DNA of 64,000 nt from Patescibacteria group bacterium. GTDB lineage: Bacteria; Patescibacteriota; CPR2; UBA1875. The DNA is taken from the NCBI GenBank assembly GCA_041737595.1, contig JBGSRK010000009.1, positions 1 to 64,000 of the forward strand, read 5' to 3'. Positions 35,224 through 44,132 of the stretch are shown here, piece after piece. A program made the position numbers and the translations under genes. The notes under the pieces were generated by a model. The model had not been told where the DNA came from. It made no database searches and saw only the letters and a list, made by a program, of their open reading frames with translations. Numbering within the stretch: the stretch's first letter is position 1; the number at the start of each line of letters is the position of its first letter.

Positions 35224-35751
35224 ATGAAAATATTTGCAACCGATATTATTGGTTATAAGATTATCACTTTTCATAACAGCTTTGAAGCAGGATTAGTACA
35301 GAGTATTATTATTGATCCAGAAAACGGGCAGTTTCTTGGGGTAAAGTTTATCTATGAGAAAAAAATAAGAGTTGTCCCATTAAGTGAAATATTAACTTTT
35401 GGTAATTCATTTTTGATTATCAAAGATGCAAAATCTATTTCCGAAATAGATGATGTCGTAAAAATTGAAAAGGCTTTATTAATAGATGCCCAAATAATTG
35501 ATGAAAAAGTAGAGACTGAAAGTGGTCAAAAAGTCGGCAAAGTTTCAAATTATATAATTGATCTTTCAAAAATGTCCCTTGATAAACTATATGTTGCCCC
35601 GGCAGTTTCTATAAATTTTCTTGCCAGTGAATTGATTATTCCATTAACAAATATTATAGAAATTAAGAAGAAAAAAATTATTGTATCTGATAAATATATC
35701 AAAGTAAAAAAGCCATTTTTTGATATAAGCCCATCTCCTGTAATAGAATAA
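35224..35751 (+). CDS. Tandem PRC-barrel domain protein
   Basis: IIGYKI...G.VQSIIIDPENG; VETESGQKVGKVSNYIID. Confidence 0.8.
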   Translation: MKIFATDIIGYKIITFHNSFEAGLVQSIIIDPENGQFLGVKFIYEKKIRVVPLSEILTFGNSFLIIKDAKSISEIDDVVKIEKALLIDAQIIDEKVETESGQKVGKVSNYIIDLSKMSLDKLYVAPAVSINFLASELIIPLTNIIEIKKKKIIVSDKYIKVKKPFFDISPSPVIE

Positions 35752-35805
35752 TATATTGTTAATAAAATATGTATTTTAAGCCTTCGCGAAGCCTATTTTT
35801 AGGGC

Positions 35806-35834
35806 TTGACAGTGATTTTCCCTGGGTGTATTAT
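35806..35834 (+). promoter_or_regulatory. Sigma70-type promoter
   Basis: TTGACA (35806-35811), 17-bp spacer, TATTAT (35829-35834). Confidence 0.75.
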
Positions 35835-35868
35835 TGTTTCGTTGCATTGGGAGGATAAAGGAGGCTTA

Positions 35869-35934
35869 ATGACTCTTATACTATTGTGGGCAGTTGCATT
35901 CGCATTCGCTTACAGGGTAATCACTCAAAGCTAG
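35869..35934 (+). CDS. 21-aa hydrophobic small protein
   Basis: AAGGAGG RBS then MTLILLWAVAFAFAYRVITQS*; flanked by promoter and terminator. Confidence 0.65.
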   Translation: MTLILLWAVAFAFAYRVITQS

Positions 35935-35957
35935 GGTAAAATCAAAAATTAGCTTAT

Positions 35958-35990
35958 AAAAAATCCGCCTGATTTTCAGACGGGTTTTTT
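35958..35990 (+). terminator. Intrinsic terminator (possibly bidirectional)
   Basis: aaaaaatccgcctga-ttt-tcagacgggtttttt. Confidence 0.7.
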
Positions 35991-36087
35991 AGTTATCTAA
36001 TAAAATTTAAAAATAATAATCATAGATAGATATTATAATAATTCTTATTCTTGTCTACTTCACTTTAGCGACGTGCGTATAAATATA

Positions 36088-36699
36088 TTAAGAAAATAAG
36101 TTATCAATTACTTTTTTTATTATATCGTAAGAATAACCACGTCGAGAAAGGAAACCACCAATTTTTTTATATGCTTCATTTTTATCTAAATTTTGAAATT
36201 TTTTTCTAGTATTAATTAGTTCTATCGCAGCAGTAAGTTCCGAATCAGAATCAAGATCATAAATTACAATTTCAATATCTTGAGGTTTAACTCCTTTTCT
36301 TTTTAACTCAAATTTAAGAGCATTAATTGATTTTTCAGATTTTCTCGATCTAACCCAAACACGAGCAAAATCTATGTCGTTAATATAATTATATTCTTTT
36401 AATTTTTCTATGGATTTATTTACTGTAAATTCATTATATTTTTCTGATAATTTATCAAACATTTCTTTTTCAGACCGCATCCTAAATGATAAAAAATGAT
36501 AGGCCTTAGAAAGACACTTTGAAAGATCATCCCCCTCTTTATATTTTTTAATATCTTCTTCTGTAACTTCTTTACCTCTATATAAATCATAATCAACTAA
36601 AAGAAGTGATGAAATCCCAAATTCAAATTTATCATCAATGTATATATTCACTCTGTCTTTAGCTTTTTTTTGTTTTTCAATTTTTGTTATTTTTCCCAT
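36088..36699 (-). CDS. recX: Regulatory protein RecX
   Basis: RVNIYIDDKF, AYHFLSFRMRSEKE, YINDIDFA, FLSRRGY; start ATG 36699. Confidence 0.9.
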   Translation of the reverse strand: MGKITKIEKQKKAKDRVNIYIDDKFEFGISSLLLVDYDLYRGKEVTEEDIKKYKEGDDLSKCLSKAYHFLSFRMRSEKEMFDKLSEKYNEFTVNKSIEKLKEYNYINDIDFARVWVRSRKSEKSINALKFELKRKGVKPQDIEIVIYDLDSDSELTAAIELINTRKKFQNLDKNEAYKKIGGFLSRRGYSYDIIKKVIDNLFS

Positions 36700-36713
36700 A
36701 TAGTTATTATACC

Positions 36714-36739
36714 AAAAGCGACCCATAATGGGCCGCTTT
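36714..36739 (-). terminator. Intrinsic terminator after rnj
   Basis: aaaagcgacccat-a-atgggccgcttt hairpin. Confidence 0.6.
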
Positions 36740-36765
36740 AAATTTTAAACGAGTAGAAGTTATTA

Positions 36766-38625
36766 TTATACTTCTATAATAACCGGTATAACCATTGGTC
36801 TTCGTTGTGTTTGATTATAAAGAAAATCAGCAACTCTATCACGTACTTTAGTTTTAAGAATGGCCCAATTTTGTGGAGCATCCCCTTCTTTTCTTTCAAG
36901 AAGTTTTTTAACTTCAGCACGAGCATTATTAACCAGTTTTTCATTTTCCCTCATATAAATGAACCCTCTAGAAATAATATCAGGGCTTGTTACTAGTTTT
37001 CCGCTTCTTCTTTCCACGGTGCAGATGACTACAAATATTCCTTCTGTTGACATTGCTTTTCTATCACGAAGAACAATCTCCCCAATATCACCGATTCCAA
37101 GACCGTCAACAAGAATTATTCCATTTGGAACTTTTTGTTCTAAAACATGAGCTGAATCTTGTGAAACTTGAAGAACATCACCATTATCCATTACAAAAAT
37201 ATTTTCTGCTGGAATCCCAACTTCAAGTGCAAGATCCCTGTGATGTACTAGATGATGGCGTTCACCATGCATTGGCATGAAATATTTTGGTTTAGTGATT
37301 GTAAGCATTATTTTCATTTCTTCTTGACCTGGATGACCAGAAACATGAGTTTTATTTCCTTCTTTGTCATCAAAGATAACATTCGCACCTTCTCGGAATA
37401 AATCATCTATTACGGCTGTAATAGAATTTTCATTACCGGGGATAGGGGAAGATGAAAAAACAACGGTATCACCTTTTTTAATTTTAATATTTCTGTGATC
37501 TCCTGATGCCATTCTTGATAAAGCTGACATCGCCTCTCCTTGAGATCCGGTTGACATTACAACAACTTTTTCATCAGGGAACTTTGAAATATCTTCAATT
37601 TTTACAATAAGACCCGCTGGGATTCTTAAGTACCCAAGTCTAACAGTAATTTCAACATTTCGTAAAAGAGAACGACCCGAAAAAGCTAATTTTTTGCCAT
37701 GTTTAAGTGCAGAATTAATAATCATTTGGATTCTGTTTATCTGAGATGAAAATGAAGCAATAATAATTCTGCCTTCAGAAATGTCCATAATTCTATCAAA
37801 TGTTTCAGCTAGATTTTTTTCTGACATTGTATAACCAGGAACTTCTGCCCCTGTAGAATCAGATAAAAGTAATAATACTCCTTCATCTCCCCAACGTGCT
37901 AGTTTTGCAAAATCAAAATTTTTATTATCAATTGGAGAATGATCAATTTTGAAGTCGCCTGTTGTTAATATACGGCCATCTGGAGTTGAGATTGATATCC
38001 CAACTGCATCTGGGATAGAGTGACAAACTCTAAACCATTCAATTTTAAATTTACCAAGTTGTAAGACATCTTTATCAGGATCAATAATGTTAAGCCCAAT
38101 ATTCCCAGTTAAATTAAACTCACCAAGTTTACCCTCAATTAGACCAATTGTAAGTTTTGGGGCATAAATCGGTGCTCCAATTTTAGGGAGTAAATAAGGT
38201 ATTCCTCCTATATGATCTTCATGACCATGTGTGATTAATACACCTTTAATTCTATCTTTTTTATCTTCTAGATAAGTAATATCTGGGATTATATAGTCTA
38301 CCCCTAACATTTCATCATCTGGGAACATAAATCCCATATCTACAATAACTATGTCTTCTTCGTATTCAAAAACATACATATTTTTCCCGATTTCACCCAA
38401 GCCTCCGAGTGCAAGCACTCGAAAAGAACCTTTTTTGTAAACGGTTTCTACTGATGTTTTCATAACAGGATCATTTTTTGTTTTAATCCCTTTTTGTCTT
38501 AATCTTTTATCTTCAAGATTAAATCTTGGTCTTTTTTGATTTTTTCTTTTTCGGCCAGAGGCGGATTCGCCTTTGGCAAAGTTTTTATCAGCTTTTGGCT
38601 GATTTGAATTTGTGTTTGGTTCCAT
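36766..38625 (-). CDS. rnj: Ribonuclease J
   Basis: LGGLGEIGKNM, THGHEDHIG, HSIPD, TGDFK, HVSGH, HGE; start ATG 38625. Confidence 0.96.
   Translation of the reverse strand: MEPNTNSNQPKADKNFAKGESASGRKRKNQKRPRFNLEDKRLRQKGIKTKNDPVMKTSVETVYKKGSFRVLALGGLGEIGKNMYVFEYEEDIVIVDMGFMFPDDEMLGVDYIIPDITYLEDKKDRIKGVLITHGHEDHIGGIPYLLPKIGAPIYAPKLTIGLIEGKLGEFNLTGNIGLNIIDPDKDVLQLGKFKIEWFRVCHSIPDAVGISISTPDGRILTTGDFKIDHSPIDNKNFDFAKLARWGDEGVLLLLSDSTGAEVPGYTMSEKNLAETFDRIMDISEGRIIIASFSSQINRIQMIINSALKHGKKLAFSGRSLLRNVEITVRLGYLRIPAGLIVKIEDISKFPDEKVVVMSTGSQGEAMSALSRMASGDHRNIKIKKGDTVVFSSSPIPGNENSITAVIDDLFREGANVIFDDKEGNKTHVSGHPGQEEMKIMLTITKPKYFMPMHGERHHLVHHRDLALEVGIPAENIFVMDNGDVLQVSQDSAHVLEQKVPNGIILVDGLGIGDIGEIVLRDRKAMSTEGIFVVICTVERRSGKLVTSPDIISRGFIYMRENEKLVNNARAEVKKLLERKEGDAPQNWAILKTKVRDRVADFLYNQTQRRPMVIPVIIEV
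38554..38577. repeat. Short GC-rich palindrome in frame in the RNase J N-terminal extension
   Basis: gccagaggcg-gatt-cgcctttggc; encodes AKGESASG. Confidence 0.6.
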
Positions 38626-38701
38626 TTTTTTATTTCGACAAATAGTTTTTGTCGGTTTGCATCCTTTCTTTATACTCATAAGAGTTGTAATGCATTTTAA
38701 T

Positions 38702-39337
38702 TTATATTAATTTTTTTTGTTCTAGTTTTTGAGCTCCCCCTTTTTGCTCATTAATTTTTATTATAATTTTTGGTATTTTATTAAAATCTTCTTTTAAAGT
38801 CTCTCGCATCGATCCGTTATATAAAGCTGCTGCTGGGTGATAAAGTGCTAAAAATACTTGTTCGTGCCCGTCCCACATTTTTCTAAACGCTTTACCATGA
38901 ACCTCTGAAATTTTTGCAGTTGGGAAAAATCTGTTTAGGGCATGTCTGCCTAAAAATATAATTAATTTTGGAGAAATAATTCTAATTTGGCTCTCAAGAA
39001 ATGGCCAACAAGCTTCTATCTCATCTGGTAATGGGTCCCTATTATCTGTTGGTCTATGTTTAAGGACATTTGCAATAAATATATCTTTACGTTTTATATT
39101 TATATCTTCAAGCATTTCTGTTAAAAATTTTCCGGCAGCTCCAATAAATGGTTCCCCTTCTTCATCTTCTTTTTTACCTGGTGCTTCACCAATAAACATT
39201 ATTTCAGCTTTTTCGTCTCCAGTTCCAAAAACATCTTTTTTTTTGGTTTTTGAAAGCTCACAACGAGTACAATTAGAAATTAAGCGGTTTAATTCGCTCA
39301 AACTAGATGCATCTAAAATATCAGTGTCTGTTGGCAT
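38702..39337 (-). CDS. udg: Uracil-DNA glycosylase family 4
   Basis: CTRC, IGEAPG, PFIGAAG, LGRHA, YHPAAALY. Confidence 0.92.
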   Translation of the reverse strand: MPTDTDILDASSLSELNRLISNCTRCELSKTKKKDVFGTGDEKAEIMFIGEAPGKKEDEEGEPFIGAAGKFLTEMLEDINIKRKDIFIANVLKHRPTDNRDPLPDEIEACWPFLESQIRIISPKLIIFLGRHALNRFFPTAKISEVHGKAFRKMWDGHEQVFLALYHPAAALYNGSMRETLKEDFNKIPKIIIKINEQKGGAQKLEQKKLI

Positions 39338-39407
39338 ATTTTATAGAGAACTTTCTAAAAAGCTAAAAACAGTATAGCAAAATTTTCATGTTATGTCAAT
39401 AAAGAAA

Positions 39408-39446
39408 GAGCCCGCACTTGCGAACTCCTTCGAGTACAGTGCGGAC
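39408..39446 (-). terminator. Hairpin/terminator after the GC-rich ORF
   Basis: Minus strand ccgcact...agtgcgg followed by ctctttcttt. Confidence 0.5.
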
Positions 39447-39454
39447 CATTTGGG

Positions 39455-39877
39455 TCAGTCAACAAAACGATGACCCCTTGTAGAATGAGACTGAGTTTCC
39501 CAGTCAACCCTTGGTCGAGATGAGGATCTTGAATCCCCAACTGCAGAGTCAAAGTGACTTTGCAGAATAAGAATCTCGATTTCTCCTGATCGAGAACGAA
39601 AAGCCTTGAACCGGACTCGATCTTTATCCTTGAGAAGCAGATCTCGAGCCTCTCCAATCCTTATCCCCTTATCATGAGGGTTGATTGTTCTTTGAACTCC
39701 TTCGGGGTCTGTTGGGCTTGAGATAACAGCTCGGAAGGTTCTCTTGTTCGAGGATACTAGTGCAATTCGCACATTGTCCTCAACCAGAAAACCTACTATC
39801 TTCCCTGGTTCCAACCTGATGGGCTGGTTCCCGAGAATGATAGAAACTGCTTTCCCCGGTCTCTTCTTCTTTGACAT
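39455..39877 (-). CDS. Hypothetical protein of atypical GC-rich composition
   Basis: 140-aa ORF with GAGGA RBS and downstream hairpin; one sampled 60-bp line is 50% GC. Confidence 0.55.
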   Translation of the reverse strand: MSKKKRPGKAVSIILGNQPIRLEPGKIVGFLVEDNVRIALVSSNKRTFRAVISSPTDPEGVQRTINPHDKGIRIGEARDLLLKDKDRVRFKAFRSRSGEIEILILQSHFDSAVGDSRSSSRPRVDWETQSHSTRGHRFVD

Positions 39878-39932
39878 GTTATCCTCGATTCACTCGGGGT
39901 AGGTGCATTTGTATTGGAAGATGATAACATAT

Positions 39933-40619
39933 TTATAGTTTAGTGTCAATATTTTCTATATTTTTTGCCTTATTAATATCATATTCTCCGATTTTAGTTC
40001 GTCGTAATCCCGTAAGATAAGCACCACATTCAAGATCTTTACCAATATCTTCTGCGAGTGTACGAATATAGGTTCCACTAGAACATTTTACTTTTATTTT
40101 AAGTTCAGGATATTTATAATTAATTATTTTAATGTCATAAATTTTAATAATACGAGGTTCAATTTTAACTTCTTTGCCTTGTCGAGCAAGTTTATAGGCG
40201 CGTTCGCCATTAATTTTAATTGCAGAAAATGCTGGAGGAGTTTGTTTAATTTCCCCGATAAATTTTTTTAATACCTTCTCTATGTCATCCTGAGTGAAAC
40301 GAAGGATCTTTTTAGATTCTTCACTTTGTTCAGAATGACAAAAGGGGGTTATTTCTCCTTCTGGGTCACCAGTGTTAGAAATAAAACCGAGTTTTAATGT
40401 TGCTTCATATTCTTTATTAAGCTTCATAAAACTATCTTGATTTTTTGTGGCATCACCACAAAGTATTATAAGAAGACCAGTTGCAAAGGGATCTAGTGTG
40501 CCCGAATGACCAACTTTAACTTTTTTACCTTCATTTTTTGACAGTATCCCACGAATCTTTGCAACTACATCAAAACTAGTCCAACCAGCTGGCTTATCAA
40601 TTAAAATTATTTCGTTCAT
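39933..40619 (-). CDS. truB: tRNA pseudouridine(55) synthase
   Basis: DKPAGWTSFDVV, VGHSGTLDPFATG, PPAFSAIK, CSSGTYIRTL. Confidence 0.96.
   Translation of the reverse strand: MNEIILIDKPAGWTSFDVVAKIRGILSKNEGKKVKVGHSGTLDPFATGLLIILCGDATKNQDSFMKLNKEYEATLKLGFISNTGDPEGEITPFCHSEQSEESKKILRFTQDDIEKVLKKFIGEIKQTPPAFSAIKINGERAYKLARQGKEVKIEPRIIKIYDIKIINYKYPELKIKVKCSSGTYIRTLAEDIGKDLECGAYLTGLRRTKIGEYDINKAKNIENIDTKL
40284..40339. repeat. GTCAT...ATGAC palindromic element inserted in frame in truB
   Basis: gtcatcctgagtgaaacgaaggatct-tttt-agattcttcactttgttcagaatgac; encodes CHSEQSEESKKILRFTQDD. Confidence 0.85.
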
Positions 40620-40678
40620 ATTTATATTATACCGTTATCCCCGCGAAAACAGGAATTTATTTGTTGTTCTAGATAAAA

Positions 40679-42151
40679 CTAAATATTCAAATTTGAAATT
40701 CGGCCATCATCATCAGATTCATCAAACACATCAATTTCATTTTCTTGAGTTTTTTGTGACGAATCTATCCCAAAATCCTTCTTTTTTTCAGCAATTACAT
40801 CTTTAATGCTTGAAAAAGGAACTTCAATTTTACTAACTTTTTCAATTGATTTTAGAGCAGTATCAATCGGATCCTTTGTAACTTCTGTAGTTTCTTGAAT
40901 TTCTTCTTCAGTTTCTGGATGAGAAAAAGATTCTTTTGTTGATTCAATTTCAATTTCTGATTTTGGTGGAGTTAAATCTTCCCCAATAACATCAAAAACG
41001 TTTTTATCTTTTGTTTCACCTCTTTTGGACCAAAAATCATGAATTTTTTTAATAACTTTTAGTTCAATTTCAGCTAGATCTTTTCCTGACTCTGAAAATG
41101 TTGCATTATTGGCAGAGCCTTCACCCCCAAGAGATTTCGCAAGAGTTGCAACTTCTGCCCCTTTTCTACCTTTTAATTTCCCAAATGCTTTACCTTTTTC
41201 GGTTTCACATAAAATAAGAACTGTGTCTGCGTCTGGAGTATTTGTTAAAAGTTCATCAGCCGCATCAGCAATATCTGCTGTCGTTATTGATTTATCAGAA
41301 ATATCAGAAATTGCTACCTTGGTCCAAGCAAAACTATGTTCTTTATCAATTTGAATACCTTCTATCATCTCTCCCCAAAGTTTCATCAGGGCAATTGGTT
41401 TCTTTTTATAAAGATTTGAAATAATTTCTTGTTGTCTACCACCAGCTGCAAGAAGTTGAGCTGCAACAGTTAAAGACTTAGGAGTGGTTGATTGTGAACG
41501 AAAACTTTGAGTATCAGATACAATACCGCAAAGTAAGCAAGTTGCAGCATCAGGGTCTGATATTTTAACTCCAAGTGCTTCAAAAAGGGATACAAGTATT
41601 TCTGATGTTGAAGAAGCTGTTAAATCAACTAAATTTACAGTACCAAAGTATTCATTCCCAGGATGATGATCGATATTTACGATTGGTACTTCAAAAAATA
41701 GTTCTGTATTTTTATCATAAATTTTATCTATTGTTTCTACGTCTGGAGTATCAAGCACAATTACTATATCTGGCTTTGGCATTCCATTTATGATTTCTAA
41801 AAATTCAAATTTAAGATTTCTATTTGCATCTAAAATAATATCAATGTGTTCATCGGCGTTTTTTACACTCATACTTGAAACTGGAAATTTTCTTGTATCA
41901 ATTCGTAGAATTTTTCCATCAGTGAAAAGAAGGCTCTTTTTTACTTTATTTATATTTGGTAAAAATTTAAAAACTTCAGGAATTTTATCAGAGATAATTA
42001 ATTCCACTGTTTTACCCATTGAAATTAATGCTTTTTCAATCGCAAGGGAAGAACCACAAAGGTCTCCATCAGGATTTTTATGCCCAATTACAAGCACACG
42101 ATTAGATTTTTTTATTAATTCAACGGTTTGTTGTTTTGGAGATAATTCCAT
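40679..42151 (-). CDS. DHH family phosphoesterase (NrnA-like) with acidic C-terminal tail
   Basis: HKNPDGD, VLDT, NIDHH, SSTSE, GIVSDT. Confidence 0.85.
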   Translation of the reverse strand: MELSPKQQTVELIKKSNRVLVIGHKNPDGDLCGSSLAIEKALISMGKTVELIISDKIPEVFKFLPNINKVKKSLLFTDGKILRIDTRKFPVSSMSVKNADEHIDIILDANRNLKFEFLEIINGMPKPDIVIVLDTPDVETIDKIYDKNTELFFEVPIVNIDHHPGNEYFGTVNLVDLTASSTSEILVSLFEALGVKISDPDAATCLLCGIVSDTQSFRSQSTTPKSLTVAAQLLAAGGRQQEIISNLYKKKPIALMKLWGEMIEGIQIDKEHSFAWTKVAISDISDKSITTADIADAADELLTNTPDADTVLILCETEKGKAFGKLKGRKGAEVATLAKSLGGEGSANNATFSESGKDLAEIELKVIKKIHDFWSKRGETKDKNVFDVIGEDLTPPKSEIEIESTKESFSHPETEEEIQETTEVTKDPIDTALKSIEKVSKIEVPFSSIKDVIAEKKKDFGIDSSQKTQENEIDVFDESDDDGRISNLNI

Positions 42152-42307
42152 AAATTAAATTCCTATCATTAAAACCCATTCAGCCCTCTCAAAATTGAGT
42201 TGACTTAGCAGTATATATCCAAAGGGATTTGTAGTCAATAGTGTTTACAGATATTTAACAAAAATTTATTTACAAACTTTATCATTCATGCTAAACTTAC
42301 TTTCGTT

Positions 42308-42637
42308 ATGCCAATCATAAAATCAGCAATCAAAAAACAAAGACAGGATATCAAAGCCCGAATTCATAATCGGGGGATTCGTGATGCTTATAAAGAAGCT
42401 TCAAAGAATGTACGTAAACTTGTTGAAGCCGGTGAATTGAAAAAATCTGTAGAAGCATTAAAAGAAGCATATTCAAAGATTGATAGAGCCGCAAAAACTA
42501 ATGTTATTCATAAAAATAACGCCTCACGAAGGAAATCAAGACTTGCGGAAATTGTAAAAAATCAAAAAGTAGCCAAAAATGCTAAAAAGAGCGCGAAAAA
42601 AGTTGTCGCAAAGGTAACTAAAAAATCAAAAAAATAA
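42308..42637 (+). CDS. rpsT: 30S ribosomal protein S20
   Basis: MPIIKSAIKK, IDRAAK..VIHKNNASRRKSRL. Confidence 0.96.
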   Translation: MPIIKSAIKKQRQDIKARIHNRGIRDAYKEASKNVRKLVEAGELKKSVEALKEAYSKIDRAAKTNVIHKNNASRRKSRLAEIVKNQKVAKNAKKSAKKVVAKVTKKSKK

Positions 42638-42662
42638 TCCGCAAGTAAACGGATTATTTTTT
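42632..42662. terminator. Probable bidirectional terminator
   Basis: aaataatccg-caagtaaa-cggattatttttt between convergent genes. Confidence 0.6.
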
Positions 42663-44087
42663 CTAAATAGAGGCGTAAAATTCTATTGGAGAATAGTCAT
42701 CAGTAAAAATTTTATCTGAATATGGGTTGATATCTAACCTATTTTTTAAAAGTTCAGAATATTTATTATTACCTTCGGGGATATCGCTATCTGTAGCCAC
42801 TAATATTACATTTTGTTTTATATTTTGGTTATCATTTTCAACTGGGAATACATATACATTATTAAAAACTTTTTTATAGGTTGAATATTCTGAGATAAAA
42901 TATTTACTATTAATCTTTGCAACCAGATTAATAACTATAACACCGTTTTTATTTAAAATTTCTGACTCTTTTTTAATTGCCTCCTCGGTACCAAGTTGAT
43001 AAGGAGGGACTATGCTTGTAAAAGCATCAATCATAATCACATCATATTTTTCTTTAGTATTATTCAAAAATACTCTACCATCTTCATGCACAATATTCAT
43101 CCTATCGTTATCCCTTAGATTAAAATACTTTTTCGCTATTTCAGTAACTTTAGGGTCTATTTCTACAACAGTTATATCCCCGCTATTTCTAGCTATAAAA
43201 TCTTTTGGATATGAATAAGCAGCTCCACCAATCATAAGGGCATTCTTTATATCAGGGTTAAAGAGTTCTGAAAGACGAAAATATTTAGTATATTCAAGAA
43301 CAAGCTCATTACTGTTTTTAAACATTGCCGATTGAACTCCTAACTTATCCTGAAGAAGTGCAAGGACATCTTTTCCAGTTAATTTATCTTTACCTTCCTG
43401 CAAAAGAATACGACTGTATTGAGTATCGATATCTAATAAATATTTACTTGAGACATTACTATCTACGGCATAAATGTAAAAAATTATCGGTATAAATATA
43501 AAAACCTTAGTTATATCTGGGTTTATTAACAAAGACGAAACTATAAGTAAAAAAACTAATAAATACAAAATATTTGTACTCCCCATTAATGGAATTAAGA
43601 TTAAACCTGCCCCGAATGTCCCAACAATACTTCCAAACGTTGAAACTGCATATATACCACCAACAGTGCTACCGCTGTCTTTTAAATTATTTAGTAATAG
43701 TCTTGTTGTATATGGTGTTACCATCCCTAAAAGAAAACTTGTGGGCCCAAAAAGAATAGCCGCTGCAATAAATGATCCTGCAATAGTACTTAAATTAGTC
43801 CCCAATAAATCTAAAATAGGTTCTTTAATAATAATATTTAAAGCGATTAGTAAGGCAGCAATTAAAATTATAGTTGAAAGTTTTTTAGGCTTTGGATCTT
43901 TATCCGCATATTTACCACCTAGATAATAACCTAAGCTCAAACTTGCTAAAACTACCCCAATAATATTGGTCCATACATAAATCGCATTTCCAAACTGCGG
44001 AGCGATAATTCTTGAACCAACAAGTTCAAAAATCATTACAACAGCGCCAACTATCGTAATTGCAATATATAAAAATATCCTTTTCAT
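42663..44087 (-). CDS. Fused MFS-like membrane domain/spermidine-synthase-like methyltransferase
   Basis: MIFELVGSRIIAPQFG, STFGSIVGTF, VVEIDP, DGRVFL, DAF, TDDYSP. Confidence 0.88.
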   Translation of the reverse strand: MKRIFLYIAITIVGAVVMIFELVGSRIIAPQFGNAIYVWTNIIGVVLASLSLGYYLGGKYADKDPKPKKLSTIILIAALLIALNIIIKEPILDLLGTNLSTIAGSFIAAAILFGPTSFLLGMVTPYTTRLLLNNLKDSGSTVGGIYAVSTFGSIVGTFGAGLILIPLMGSTNILYLLVFLLIVSSLLINPDITKVFIFIPIIFYIYAVDSNVSSKYLLDIDTQYSRILLQEGKDKLTGKDVLALLQDKLGVQSAMFKNSNELVLEYTKYFRLSELFNPDIKNALMIGGAAYSYPKDFIARNSGDITVVEIDPKVTEIAKKYFNLRDNDRMNIVHEDGRVFLNNTKEKYDVIMIDAFTSIVPPYQLGTEEAIKKESEILNKNGVIVINLVAKINSKYFISEYSTYKKVFNNVYVFPVENDNQNIKQNVILVATDSDIPEGNNKYSELLKNRLDINPYSDKIFTDDYSPIEFYASI

Positions 44088-44132
44088 ACATCGATTATAT
44101 CAAATATTTATTTAATCTAAATGAGTTAGATA

